A stretch of 64,000 nt of DNA from positions 192,001-256,000 of the forward strand of contig JBBFKW010000002.1 of NCBI GenBank assembly GCA_037481835.1. Direction: 5' to 3'. This DNA comes from Desulfosoma sp. Lineage in GTDB: Bacteria; Desulfobacterota; Syntrophobacteria; Syntrophobacterales; DSM-9756. The translations under genes were made by a program, and so were the position numbers. Shown one piece after another: positions 56,305 through 64,000 of the stretch; position 1 is the stretch's first letter, and every line of letters starts with the position of its first letter. Under the pieces are notes generated by a model. That model was not told the DNA's origin and did no database searches. It worked only from the letters and a program-made list of their open reading frames with translations.

Positions 56305-57822
56305 TCAGATTCCCTTTTCGGGGTTCCACTCGCGGATGAATTGGACCAAGGTGCGCACGCCAAAACCGCTGGCGCCCTTGGGAATCCAGCCCAGGTCCTT
56401 GTCCGCCCATACGGTTCCGGCGATATCCACGTGGGCCCACGGGACCGCATCGGGGACGAACTGCTTTAAAAACATGGCCCCGATGATGGTGCCCGCCTTG
56501 CGATCCCCGACGTTTTTGAAATCGGCCACATCACTTTTCATGTCCTCAAAATAGAAATCGTAGAGCGGCAGGGGCCAGAAAAGCTCGCCCAAGGGTTTCC
56601 CGATCCTTTGGATCATCGCCAGCAAGGCCTCTTGGTTTCCCAAAAGACCCGCCACTCGATCCCCCAAGGCGATGACACATGCGCCGGTGAGTGTGGCCAA
56701 ATCCACCATGACGGCAGGGTGGTATTGGGAGACGGCGTAGCTCAGGGCATCGCACAGGATCATTCTCCCTTCCGCGTCCGTGGAGATCACTTCCACGGTG
56801 AGGCCCGCGTGGGTTTTGATGACGTCACCCGGTTTATACGCTTGACCGTCCGGCATGTTTTCCGTGCACGGCATGAGGCCCACGACCCGGCGCGGAATCT
56901 TGAGCCGGCCGACGGCCTCCAGGGTTCCCAAAACGGCGGCGGCCCCGGCCATGTCGTGCTTCATGTCTTCCATCTTGGCCGCAGGCTTGATGGAAATGCC
57001 GCCCGTATCAAAGGTGATCCCCTTTCCCACCAGCACCACGGGCGATTGATGTTCCAAGCCTTGCGGGCAGTGTTCCACGACGATGAATCGGGCGGGTTCC
57101 CGGGATCCTTGGGCCACCGCCACAAAACCGCCCATGCCCAGTTCCTTGGCTTTATCCAGGTCGAAGGCATCGAAGGCCATGCCGTGAGCGGAGGCGAGGC
57201 GGGCGGCTTCTTGAGCCATGCGGGTGGGGGTCACCAAATTGGCGGGGGCTGTGGCGAGATCTCGAGCCAACCGGATACCGCTGGAGACCGCGTCCACCTC
57301 GCCAAAGAGTTCCGGGATGAAGGGCAGGGGGCCTTCGGAACAGACGATGACTTCCTTGGGGCAATCGGATTTTTCCACGTCCCGGGTCTTGAGTTCATCG
57401 TAACGATACAGCCCGAGACGGGCCGCCATCAGGGCTTCTCGTAAAAGAATCTCCTCGCTTTCCGGCATGTCGCTTAGAGCCGTGACGGGCAAAAGTACCC
57501 GTTCCACGGAAAGATCGCGGCAGCGCCGAACCGCCATGGCGGTTGCGTGCCGAAAAACTTCAAGCGACCAGTCCTTTTTTTTCCCTAACCCGACCAGGAT
57601 CACACGGGGGATGCGGGCGTCGGCGGGCCCGTAGAAGAGAAGGATCTCGGCTTTCTTGCCTCGAAAATCCTTAAGGGCGGGGCTGTCCTTGAGCCATGGA
57701 GCTTCTGCGTCCATCCATCGAACAAACCCGGCAGGAAACCCATTATCGTCCTGCCATGCGTAAAAGAGAATGCCGTCACCGTTCCAACGGGAAAAAGGCC
57801 CTTCCACATGTTTCCAGTCCAT
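56305..57822 (-). CDS. pepA: Leucyl aminopeptidase (M17)
   Basis: VGKGITFDTGG, MKHDMAG, STDAEGR, DLATLTGA, HVDIAG. Confidence 0.94.
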   Translation of the reverse strand: MDWKHVEGPFSRWNGDGILFYAWQDDNGFPAGFVRWMDAEAPWLKDSPALKDFRGKKAEILLFYGPADARIPRVILVGLGKKKDWSLEVFRHATAMAVRRCRDLSVERVLLPVTALSDMPESEEILLREALMAARLGLYRYDELKTRDVEKSDCPKEVIVCSEGPLPFIPELFGEVDAVSSGIRLARDLATAPANLVTPTRMAQEAARLASAHGMAFDAFDLDKAKELGMGGFVAVAQGSREPARFIVVEHCPQGLEHQSPVVLVGKGITFDTGGISIKPAAKMEDMKHDMAGAAAVLGTLEAVGRLKIPRRVVGLMPCTENMPDGQAYKPGDVIKTHAGLTVEVISTDAEGRMILCDALSYAVSQYHPAVMVDLATLTGACVIALGDRVAGLLGNQEALLAMIQRIGKPLGELFWPLPLYDFYFEDMKSDVADFKNVGDRKAGTIIGAMFLKQFVPDAVPWAHVDIAGTVWADKDLGWIPKGASGFGVRTLVQFIREWNPEKGI

Positions 57823-58118
57823 TCGTACGTCCTCCTCGTAAACTGTGGCCCAACCCTGCCCGATTCCACGCGAGGCCGGGGAAAATGCGTACGATCCCGG
57901 CGCAGAGGCCTCTCCGATTGAACTCGGCGATAGGCTCCTTCGGGCTGCTTATCAAAAGAGACTGCCCCCTCCCGCGTCAAGGAAAACGTCCGAGGAGGCT
58001 GTCCGGCAATTCGATTGTTGCCGACGTGGGCAACGTAAAATCAGATAGTTACGATGCCATAAACCAACAAAATCGGCATTCTCGGACAAGCTCCGAGGGC
58101 CGTGCTCGCCTTCTTTCC

Positions 58119-60074
58119 TTACCACCCACTGCCGCCTCCGCCTCCGCCGCCCCCGCCGGATGAGCCGCCGCCTCCCGATCCCGAACTGGATCCCGGAGGG
58201 GTGGAGGCCGACGCGATGGCGCTGGTAAGGCTGCCGCTCAGGCTGTCGCTGAAGGTGGTGAGGCTCGAAGCCCCCACGGTGGACCATCGGCTTCCGCTGT
58301 ACCAAGTGGGACGATAAGGCTTTTGGGCGTCATCGGCGGCGTCGAGAACCCTGGCGAACTGCTCGCACCACTCCTGCTCCACGTCCAAGGCGAGGGCGTA
58401 GGGAAGGTATTTTTCGAAATGTTCGGGTGTCTTTTCCGGCGGATGGAGAATCCCCAGGCGGTCCTTTTCGGCGATGCTCAGATACATTCGGAAGCCCTCG
58501 ATATGGTCGAGGATTTTCCGACCCAGGCGGGTCGGCGCCTTGAGCAAATGATAAAAAAGGGCGTGAAGGCCTCCGAGGGCCGCCAGGATAACTGCTCCCA
58601 AAAGCGAGACGCTGTAGGCAAAAAAGGCGAACCCGCCGATTTCTCCCGCCCAGAACGGCAGGGCTAACAACGTGATGCCCACGGCGGAAAACTTGCCCAA
58701 GAGGCGACGCGGCAACCGTCCCCGGCGGGATCCTCGCCATGCCTGAATCACCTGGATGGCCAAAGCGGTACAGCCCAAAGACCAAATGCTCAGCCACAGG
58801 GCCAGGAAGGCTGCCATGACCGGCTGAGTCCCGTAGAGGATGAGCCCCGCCAAGATGGCCAAGGAAAGGCCCAGCGCGGGGATCATGTAGCGGGTGTTCG
58901 TGAAGAAATAGGTTTTCTCGTATTCCTGGGAAAGGGTTTTATGGAGATCATCCAAGGCCTTTCTGAATTTGGCCGCATTTTTGTTGTCGAGAGCGATTTC
59001 TTTTAAGCCCGAATCGAAAAGGGCGTCCGCGATCTTTTTTTCTCCAGGGGTAAGGTTTTCCTTTTTACTGGATTTCTTAACCAGGACGTAGGTGTCGTCG
59101 GTTTCGCGGATGAGGAGGTGGCCTTTGACGGCCATGTTGACGACGGCAGCAGCGAAAGTCTTCTGATCGAAGTCCATATTGCGAACAAATCGCACGGCGG
59201 CCGGTGAAAAACCGTAGGGTGGTTCGAACAGAGGGATGATGGTGCCGGGTTCGGGATCCCGACCGACCCGAAACCAGACTACCAGATAGTACACCAGGAC
59301 CGCGATGAGTCCGACAATCCCGAGGGTGGAGCCTCGATTGTCTCCCAGCAGCGCCAAGGCCCGCTCCACCCGATCGGGTTCGTGGACGAAGCCCTTGGGC
59401 CAGGCCGCAGCGACCGTCAGCCCTTCACCCACGCCGAGCTTTCGCGTGGTTTCAAAAAACAACGTGCCGCCCCCTTCGTCGACGAAACGGTAGTCCTGCC
59501 CTCGATCCCCCTGGGGCCCGGTGTAGGCCGCGACCTGGAGGAGCCGGGCGCCCTGAGGCAGGACGATCCGCGCCGCCGCATGGTCGATGGGGAAGGTCCA
59601 GCCCGTTCCCGTCACGTTCCAGTAAAGCTCGTCGTAGTCCTTAAAGAAGCCCAACTGGCGGGATGTCCGATAGGTGATCGCGTAAGTATGGATGCCCGGA
59701 TCGATGAAAACATCCTTATGCCCGGTAGAGATTCGAACCCCGTTGCCGACGCGTTCCGTATGGTAGGGTTCGAGCCGGCCGTCACGCCGCACTTCCACGA
59801 TGTCGAAGGAGACCCGCACGCGATGGCCCTGCCGGTCCTTATAGACCGTGGGGAAGTCGCGGATGATCCCCCTTTTGATGGATTGGCCCAGGGCGCGGAC
59901 CGTGATGGTTTCTTTCACGGTGAGGCTCGAGTCTGCGTGGATGGTGATGTCGCTCGAAAAATCCAGGATTCTCTCGTCCTGGACGTCCTGGGCCGCCCGA
60001 GTCGGAACGGCGCCAAGGATTCCGGAGCTCCAAAGGGTCACGGAAACAAGGACGAGTAACAGCCCTCGGCGCAT
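58119..60074 (-). CDS. DUF2207 membrane protein
   Basis: Signal peptide, DELYWNVTG, YLPYALAL, Gly/Ser-rich C-terminus ending in W; follows lemA. Confidence 0.88.
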   Translation of the reverse strand: MRRGLLLVLVSVTLWSSGILGAVPTRAAQDVQDERILDFSSDITIHADSSLTVKETITVRALGQSIKRGIIRDFPTVYKDRQGHRVRVSFDIVEVRRDGRLEPYHTERVGNGVRISTGHKDVFIDPGIHTYAITYRTSRQLGFFKDYDELYWNVTGTGWTFPIDHAAARIVLPQGARLLQVAAYTGPQGDRGQDYRFVDEGGGTLFFETTRKLGVGEGLTVAAAWPKGFVHEPDRVERALALLGDNRGSTLGIVGLIAVLVYYLVVWFRVGRDPEPGTIIPLFEPPYGFSPAAVRFVRNMDFDQKTFAAAVVNMAVKGHLLIRETDDTYVLVKKSSKKENLTPGEKKIADALFDSGLKEIALDNKNAAKFRKALDDLHKTLSQEYEKTYFFTNTRYMIPALGLSLAILAGLILYGTQPVMAAFLALWLSIWSLGCTALAIQVIQAWRGSRRGRLPRRLLGKFSAVGITLLALPFWAGEIGGFAFFAYSVSLLGAVILAALGGLHALFYHLLKAPTRLGRKILDHIEGFRMYLSIAEKDRLGILHPPEKTPEHFEKYLPYALALDVEQEWCEQFARVLDAADDAQKPYRPTWYSGSRWSTVGASSLTTFSDSLSGSLTSAIASASTPPGSSSGSGGGGSSGGGGGGGGGSGW

Positions 60075-60093
60075 GGCCGCCCTCCTTGGTTTT

Positions 60094-60648
60094 TCATGCA
60101 AAGCCGACCTTGGGCACGGCCCGGTCCGCGTCCTCGATTTGGAAAAACGCTGCCTTTCGGAACCCAAAAAACGAGGCGAAAAGGTTGCTGGGGAAACTTT
60201 CGATGAGAATATTCAGATCCCTTACCGTGCCGTTGTAATAGCGGCGGGCCAACTGGATCTGGTCTTCAATGTCGCTCAGAGCTTTCTGGAGTTCCAGGAA
60301 ATTCTGGTTGGCCTTGAGGTCGGGGTAATTTTCGGCTACGGCGAAAAGAGCCCCCAAGGCCCGGCTCACAGCCCCTTCCGCCGCCGCGCGTTCTTCCACG
60401 GTGGCCGCCGCAAGGCTTTTGGCCCGAAGCGTCGTCACCTGCTCCAAGACGCCCCGTTCGTGCTGCATGTACCCTTTGACCGTTTCCACCAGGTTGGGAA
60501 TGAGGTCCGTGCGACGCTTCATTTGCACGTCCATGCCGCTCCAGGCTTCTTCCACCAGATTCCTGGCGCGCACCAACCGGTTGTAGATCGCAACGGCGAA
60601 AAACCCGAGAAGCACGACGAGTGCCGCTACCACAGCCCAGCTGACCAT
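60094..60648 (-). CDS. lemA: LemA family protein
   Basis: YNRLV, RRTDLIPNLVETVKGY, AENYPDLKAN, RRYYN. Confidence 0.94.
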   Translation of the reverse strand: MVSWAVVAALVVLLGFFAVAIYNRLVRARNLVEEAWSGMDVQMKRRTDLIPNLVETVKGYMQHERGVLEQVTTLRAKSLAAATVEERAAAEGAVSRALGALFAVAENYPDLKANQNFLELQKALSDIEDQIQLARRYYNGTVRDLNILIESFPSNLFASFFGFRKAAFFQIEDADRAVPKVGFA

Positions 60649-60700
60649 ACCATGCTCCTTATGCTAGGGGCTCTTGGAAAGAGGGACGGTTAGATTCTCA

Positions 60701-61540
60701 TTAATCCTTCTTTGGGCTTTCGGCCAGGGGGATGCCATGTGTCGTGCCGGTTTCCCCGTCGAAGTAGAGGAGCCGTCCGGCGTAGGCTGGAGGGCGCCCT
60801 GTGAGGAGTCGAAGGACTTCCATGGCCTGGAGGCTCCCGATGACGGCAGGGGTAGGCCCTGGAACACCCAGGTCCTGTTCCGCTTCGGTGCGGTCCCGTC
60901 GCTCGCCGTAGACGGCTTCAAGACCGACGGGTGAATCCGGCAGAAAGGTGGCGACCTGGCCCAGCCACCCGGCGACGGCGCCGTGCACCCAGGGGATGCG
61001 CCGGTTTCGGCAGGCTTGTTCCAAAACGAAACGGCTTTTCAGGTTGTCCAGGGCATCCACGGCCACCTGGCAGTTCTCGAGGATCCGATCCGCGTTTTCC
61101 CTTTCCAAGGGTTGCTGGATAGCCGTCACACGGATGAGCGGATTGATGCGGCGGCATCCTTCGGCGGCTTCTTCAGCTTTGGGCCGGCCGAGGTTTTCCG
61201 CGTTCGCGAACCACTGGCGGTTCAAATTGGTCGGATAAAAGGCGTCCGCGTCGCAGAGGATGAGATGCCCGATTCCCGCGCGGGCCAAAAGCTGGGCCGA
61301 GACCCCGCCGAGGCCCCCGCAGCCGCAGACGAAAACCGTCGATTGCGAAAGGGCCTGTTGGTCCTCGAAATTCAGTGTCCACAAGTTCTTAAGGTATCTG
61401 TAAGGAAGGATCCCACTTCCGAGGGCTTCTCTTTGGGCTTCCCAGGGTTCTAGATTGTTTTCCGCCGCCCATCGCAGAAGATCGGCATCCTGGATGACGC
61501 GCACGCTTCGGCCGCCGTAAACAACCGTCTTGGAAGTCAT
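60701..61540 (-). CDS. HesA/MoeB/ThiF family adenylyltransferase
   Basis: GCGGLGG, D..TNLNRQ, DALDN; lacks the CxxC zinc motifs. Confidence 0.88.
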   Translation of the reverse strand: MTSKTVVYGGRSVRVIQDADLLRWAAENNLEPWEAQREALGSGILPYRYLKNLWTLNFEDQQALSQSTVFVCGCGGLGGVSAQLLARAGIGHLILCDADAFYPTNLNRQWFANAENLGRPKAEEAAEGCRRINPLIRVTAIQQPLERENADRILENCQVAVDALDNLKSRFVLEQACRNRRIPWVHGAVAGWLGQVATFLPDSPVGLEAVYGERRDRTEAEQDLGVPGPTPAVIGSLQAMEVLRLLTGRPPAYAGRLLYFDGETGTTHGIPLAESPKKD

Positions 61541-61801
61541 GACGTTACGCCTTCCCTTGAGATCCGTTCATGGTCGATATCGTGCTGGAGTCTTTCAGGT
61601 CCGGCATAGGGCGTCTCGCGAGTGGATGAAGACTCCGATTGGACGGGACCTTCACGAGCGTCGAAGGGTGACGCTCTTGCAGGCCCCGGTGGGGCGCACG
61701 AGCCGCCGTGACCCCTAGCTACCACAGCAAGGCGGAGAATCCAAGGCACCCCGCAACGGGGCTGTTTCTGCCAGTGGCGGCTTGCGGCCGGGAAAACGGC
61801 A

Positions 61802-61830
61802 TTGACAAAAGAAAGGGGCGTCGGTAGCTT
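61802..61830 (+). promoter_or_regulatory. sigma70 promoter for serC
   Basis: TTGACA-N17-TAGCTT. Confidence 0.6.
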
Positions 61831-61942
61831 CGAGCGGTCCACGGAAGCGGGCGATTTTGCAGCACGCTCCGCTTTAAAAGCGGATCTTTGCCCCGTCATC
61901 GCCAATAAGCGTTCGAGAAAGATCACCACGGAGGGGAAAACC

Positions 61943-63028
61943 ATGACAGAACGCATCTACAATTTCAATCCCGGCCCCGCCATGCTGCCTCTTCCCGCCT
62001 TAGAGGAGGCCAAAGAAGAACTACTGAACTACAAGGGCTCCGGGATGTCCATCCTGGAAATCAGCCATCGCTCGGCCCTCTTTGAAAACGTCCTGCAGTC
62101 CGCCATCGCACGGGTAAAGCGCCTTCTGAAGTTGGACGACCGCTACCATGTGCTGTTCATGCAGGGCGGCGCAAGCCTGCAGTTCACCCTGGTTCCCATG
62201 AACCTGGCCTCCGATGCCGCGCCAATTGATTACGTGGATACAGGGACATGGTCTACCAAAGCCATCAAGGAAGCCCGCCTTTTGGGAAAAAACGTGCGCG
62301 TCGTCGCCTCCTCCGAAGACAAGGAATTCACTTATATTCCCGAGACGATCCCGGTCAACCCCGACGCGGCCTATTTGCATATCACGTCCAACAACACCAT
62401 TCGCGGGACGCAGTACCGCCAGTTTCCCGATGCGGGGAGCGTTCCTCTTGTCAGCGACATGTCATCGGATATTTTCAGCCGCGTATTCGATCCGGCCCCG
62501 TTCGGGCTGATCTATGCGGGAGCCCAAAAGAACGTGGGACCCGCGGGCGTCACCTTGGTCATCATCCGCCAGGACATGCTGGATCGCGTCCCGCCGAACC
62601 TTCCCACCCTATTCAAGTACACCACCCACGCGGAGAAAAATTCCCTTTACAACACACCGCCGTGCTTCGCCATTTACATGGTGGAATTGGTGCTCAAATG
62701 GCTGGAAGAAACCGTCGGTGGGCTCGCCGCCATGGAAGCGATCAACCGGCAAAAAGCGAGCCTCCTCTACGATTACCTGGACAGCCAGGACTTCTATCGC
62801 GGGACGGCTCAACCGGCGTCCCGTTCGTGGATGAACGTGACGTTCCGGCTGCCTTCGGCGGATCTGGAAAAGAAATTTATCGACGAATCCCAAAAAGCCG
62901 GCTTGGGGGGGCTCAAGGGCCACCGTTCCGTCGGGGGCTGCCGGGCGTCCCTCTACAACGCCATGCCCGTGGAAGGGGTCCAGGCCTTGGTGGATTTCAT
63001 GAAGGATTTTGCCAAACACAACGGCTGA
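61943..63028 (+). CDS. serC: Phosphoserine aminotransferase
   Basis: YNFNPGPA, SHRS, QGGAS, DMSS, AGAQKN, GHRSVGG.RASLYN. Confidence 0.96.
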   Translation: MTERIYNFNPGPAMLPLPALEEAKEELLNYKGSGMSILEISHRSALFENVLQSAIARVKRLLKLDDRYHVLFMQGGASLQFTLVPMNLASDAAPIDYVDTGTWSTKAIKEARLLGKNVRVVASSEDKEFTYIPETIPVNPDAAYLHITSNNTIRGTQYRQFPDAGSVPLVSDMSSDIFSRVFDPAPFGLIYAGAQKNVGPAGVTLVIIRQDMLDRVPPNLPTLFKYTTHAEKNSLYNTPPCFAIYMVELVLKWLEETVGGLAAMEAINRQKASLLYDYLDSQDFYRGTAQPASRSWMNVTFRLPSADLEKKFIDESQKAGLGGLKGHRSVGGCRASLYNAMPVEGVQALVDFMKDFAKHNG

Positions 63029-63142
63029 TGAATTGATTTCCCTTCAAGAAAATCCGGCATCGTGCCGAATCAAAAGGGAAAGCTGTGATTTCGGCATGAC
63101 GAAAACAGGTGGAACCGCATCGGGGAGCAGGAAAGGGAAGCG

Positions 63143-63844
63143 TTGGCGGCACCCCAATCCCCAGTCAAAACCTTGAGACCCGGAACTGCCGTCGACATTG
63201 TGCTCAGGGTGGATTTCTACCGGGAAGTCATGGATGTGCGTCGTGCCATGGTCTACGACACGGACGGGTTGACCCTCGTCGTCTCCCGTCCCAGTCCCGA
63301 TTTGAAGCCGGAGCACATCGGACGGCGGTGTACGGTGACCTTTGTCGTTCGCGAAAACGAATTCAAGAATCGATACGGGGTGCCCGCCGAAATCGTGGAG
63401 TTCAAAGAAAACTACCCCATCCGCAAAGGTTCCACGGTTCCAGCCGTGATCCTCCGGGCCTTGGGCGGCGTGGAACCGTTCAATCTCCGCATGGCCTACC
63501 GGGTGCGGCCTCCCATCACCAGCGGCATCGCCTTGGAGATTGACGCTCAGAGGGTGAGCATCCTGGATATTTCCACGGGAGGCGCCCGCTTTCTGTCTTC
63601 GGTGAGGCCCCCTCTTCAATTCCGCCAGCGCGTGGAAGTGGTCCTTCACTTGGACGAAGCCGCCCATGCCTTCCATGCCTTCGTGGTCCGCAGCCAAGAT
63701 CCCGGACCCCAGTGTCCCGTTCGGGGAGCCCAGGAAGTGGCCGTGCAGTTCTCCGGGATGGAAAAGCGCGTTCGGGAACAGCTGGCCAAAAAGATCCTCC
63801 AGATCGACCGGGAGCTTCGAGCCAGGGGCCTCGAAGACGCCTAG
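63143..63844 (+). CDS. PilZ-domain (YcgR-like) c-di-GMP receptor
   Basis: RMAYR (RxxxR) and DISTGG (DxSxxG) motifs; TTG start uncertain. Confidence 0.8.
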   Translation: MAAPQSPVKTLRPGTAVDIVLRVDFYREVMDVRRAMVYDTDGLTLVVSRPSPDLKPEHIGRRCTVTFVVRENEFKNRYGVPAEIVEFKENYPIRKGSTVPAVILRALGGVEPFNLRMAYRVRPPITSGIALEIDAQRVSILDISTGGARFLSSVRPPLQFRQRVEVVLHLDEAAHAFHAFVVRSQDPGPQCPVRGAQEVAVQFSGMEKRVREQLAKKILQIDRELRARGLEDA

Positions 63845-64000
63845 GGCTCGGGAAGATCGTCCAAGAGGTCCCGCGCTGCGGGAAGGCCGCCCCGCGCCCG
63901 GGCCGAAAGGACTGCTCGTAGGATGGCCTTTTCCACGGCCTGAGCGGCCAGCATCCCGACGATGCTCACATCCACGGGGTCCCTTTCTTCCAGGCTCAGG
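63841..64000 (-). CDS. C-terminal part of a P1/S58 (DmpA-like) peptidase, runs off the window
   Basis: Manual translation LSLEERDPVDVSIVGMLAAQAVEKAILRAVLSARARGGLPAARDL...*; stop shares CTAG with the PilZ gene. Confidence 0.6.
   Translation of the reverse strand, partial: LSLEERDPVDVSIVGMLAAQAVEKAILRAVLSARARGGLPAARDLLDDLPEP

Noticed and set aside
57985..58090. Imperfect inverted repeat GTCCGAG...CTCGGAC around an AT-richer core
   Set aside because: Only 7 bp perfect; not distinguishable from chance or terminator structure
58119..58215. CCG-rich low-complexity repeat
   Set aside because: Encodes the normal Gly/Ser-rich tail of DUF2207 proteins
1..64000. CRISPR array or rRNA
   Set aside because: No regularly spaced direct repeats with unique spacers and no rRNA-like sequence seen

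Overview
GC-rich bacterial chromosomal window. Gene content suggests an anaerobic Desulfobacterota/Syntrophobacteraceae-like organism; this is inferred, not determined. Housekeeping genes: tRNA-Trp, tRNA-Val, xerD, a DHH-CBS tRNA nucleotidyltransferase, trpS, rluB, secA, argJ, bcp, glgP, dppABCDF, ftsH, pepA, lemA and serC. More unusual blocks: (1) an Rpn-family nuclease with a strong internal ribosome-binding site beside tRNA-Trp; (2) a biotin carboxylase plus a divergent carboxyltransferase with no biotin carrier; (3) a six-gene redox operon joining a catalytically degenerate FdhA-like protein, NfnAB-like genes, a duplicated HdrA, MvhD and a 4Fe-4S protein, without hdrBC; (4) a dicarboxylate (glutarate-like) uptake, CoA-activation, dehydrogenation and Na+-pumping decarboxylation cluster; (5) a decayed type-3 BREX defence island (brxF, brxC and pglZ remnants, a frameshifted AlbA_2/Schlafen gene, an internally deleted IS3); (6) a dCMP deaminase coupled to an MtrA-like/archaeal-type ThyA/DUF4346 fusion and a HAD hydrolase. 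All family assignments come from motif recognition by eye; no database searches were run. No CRISPR array or rRNA was seen.
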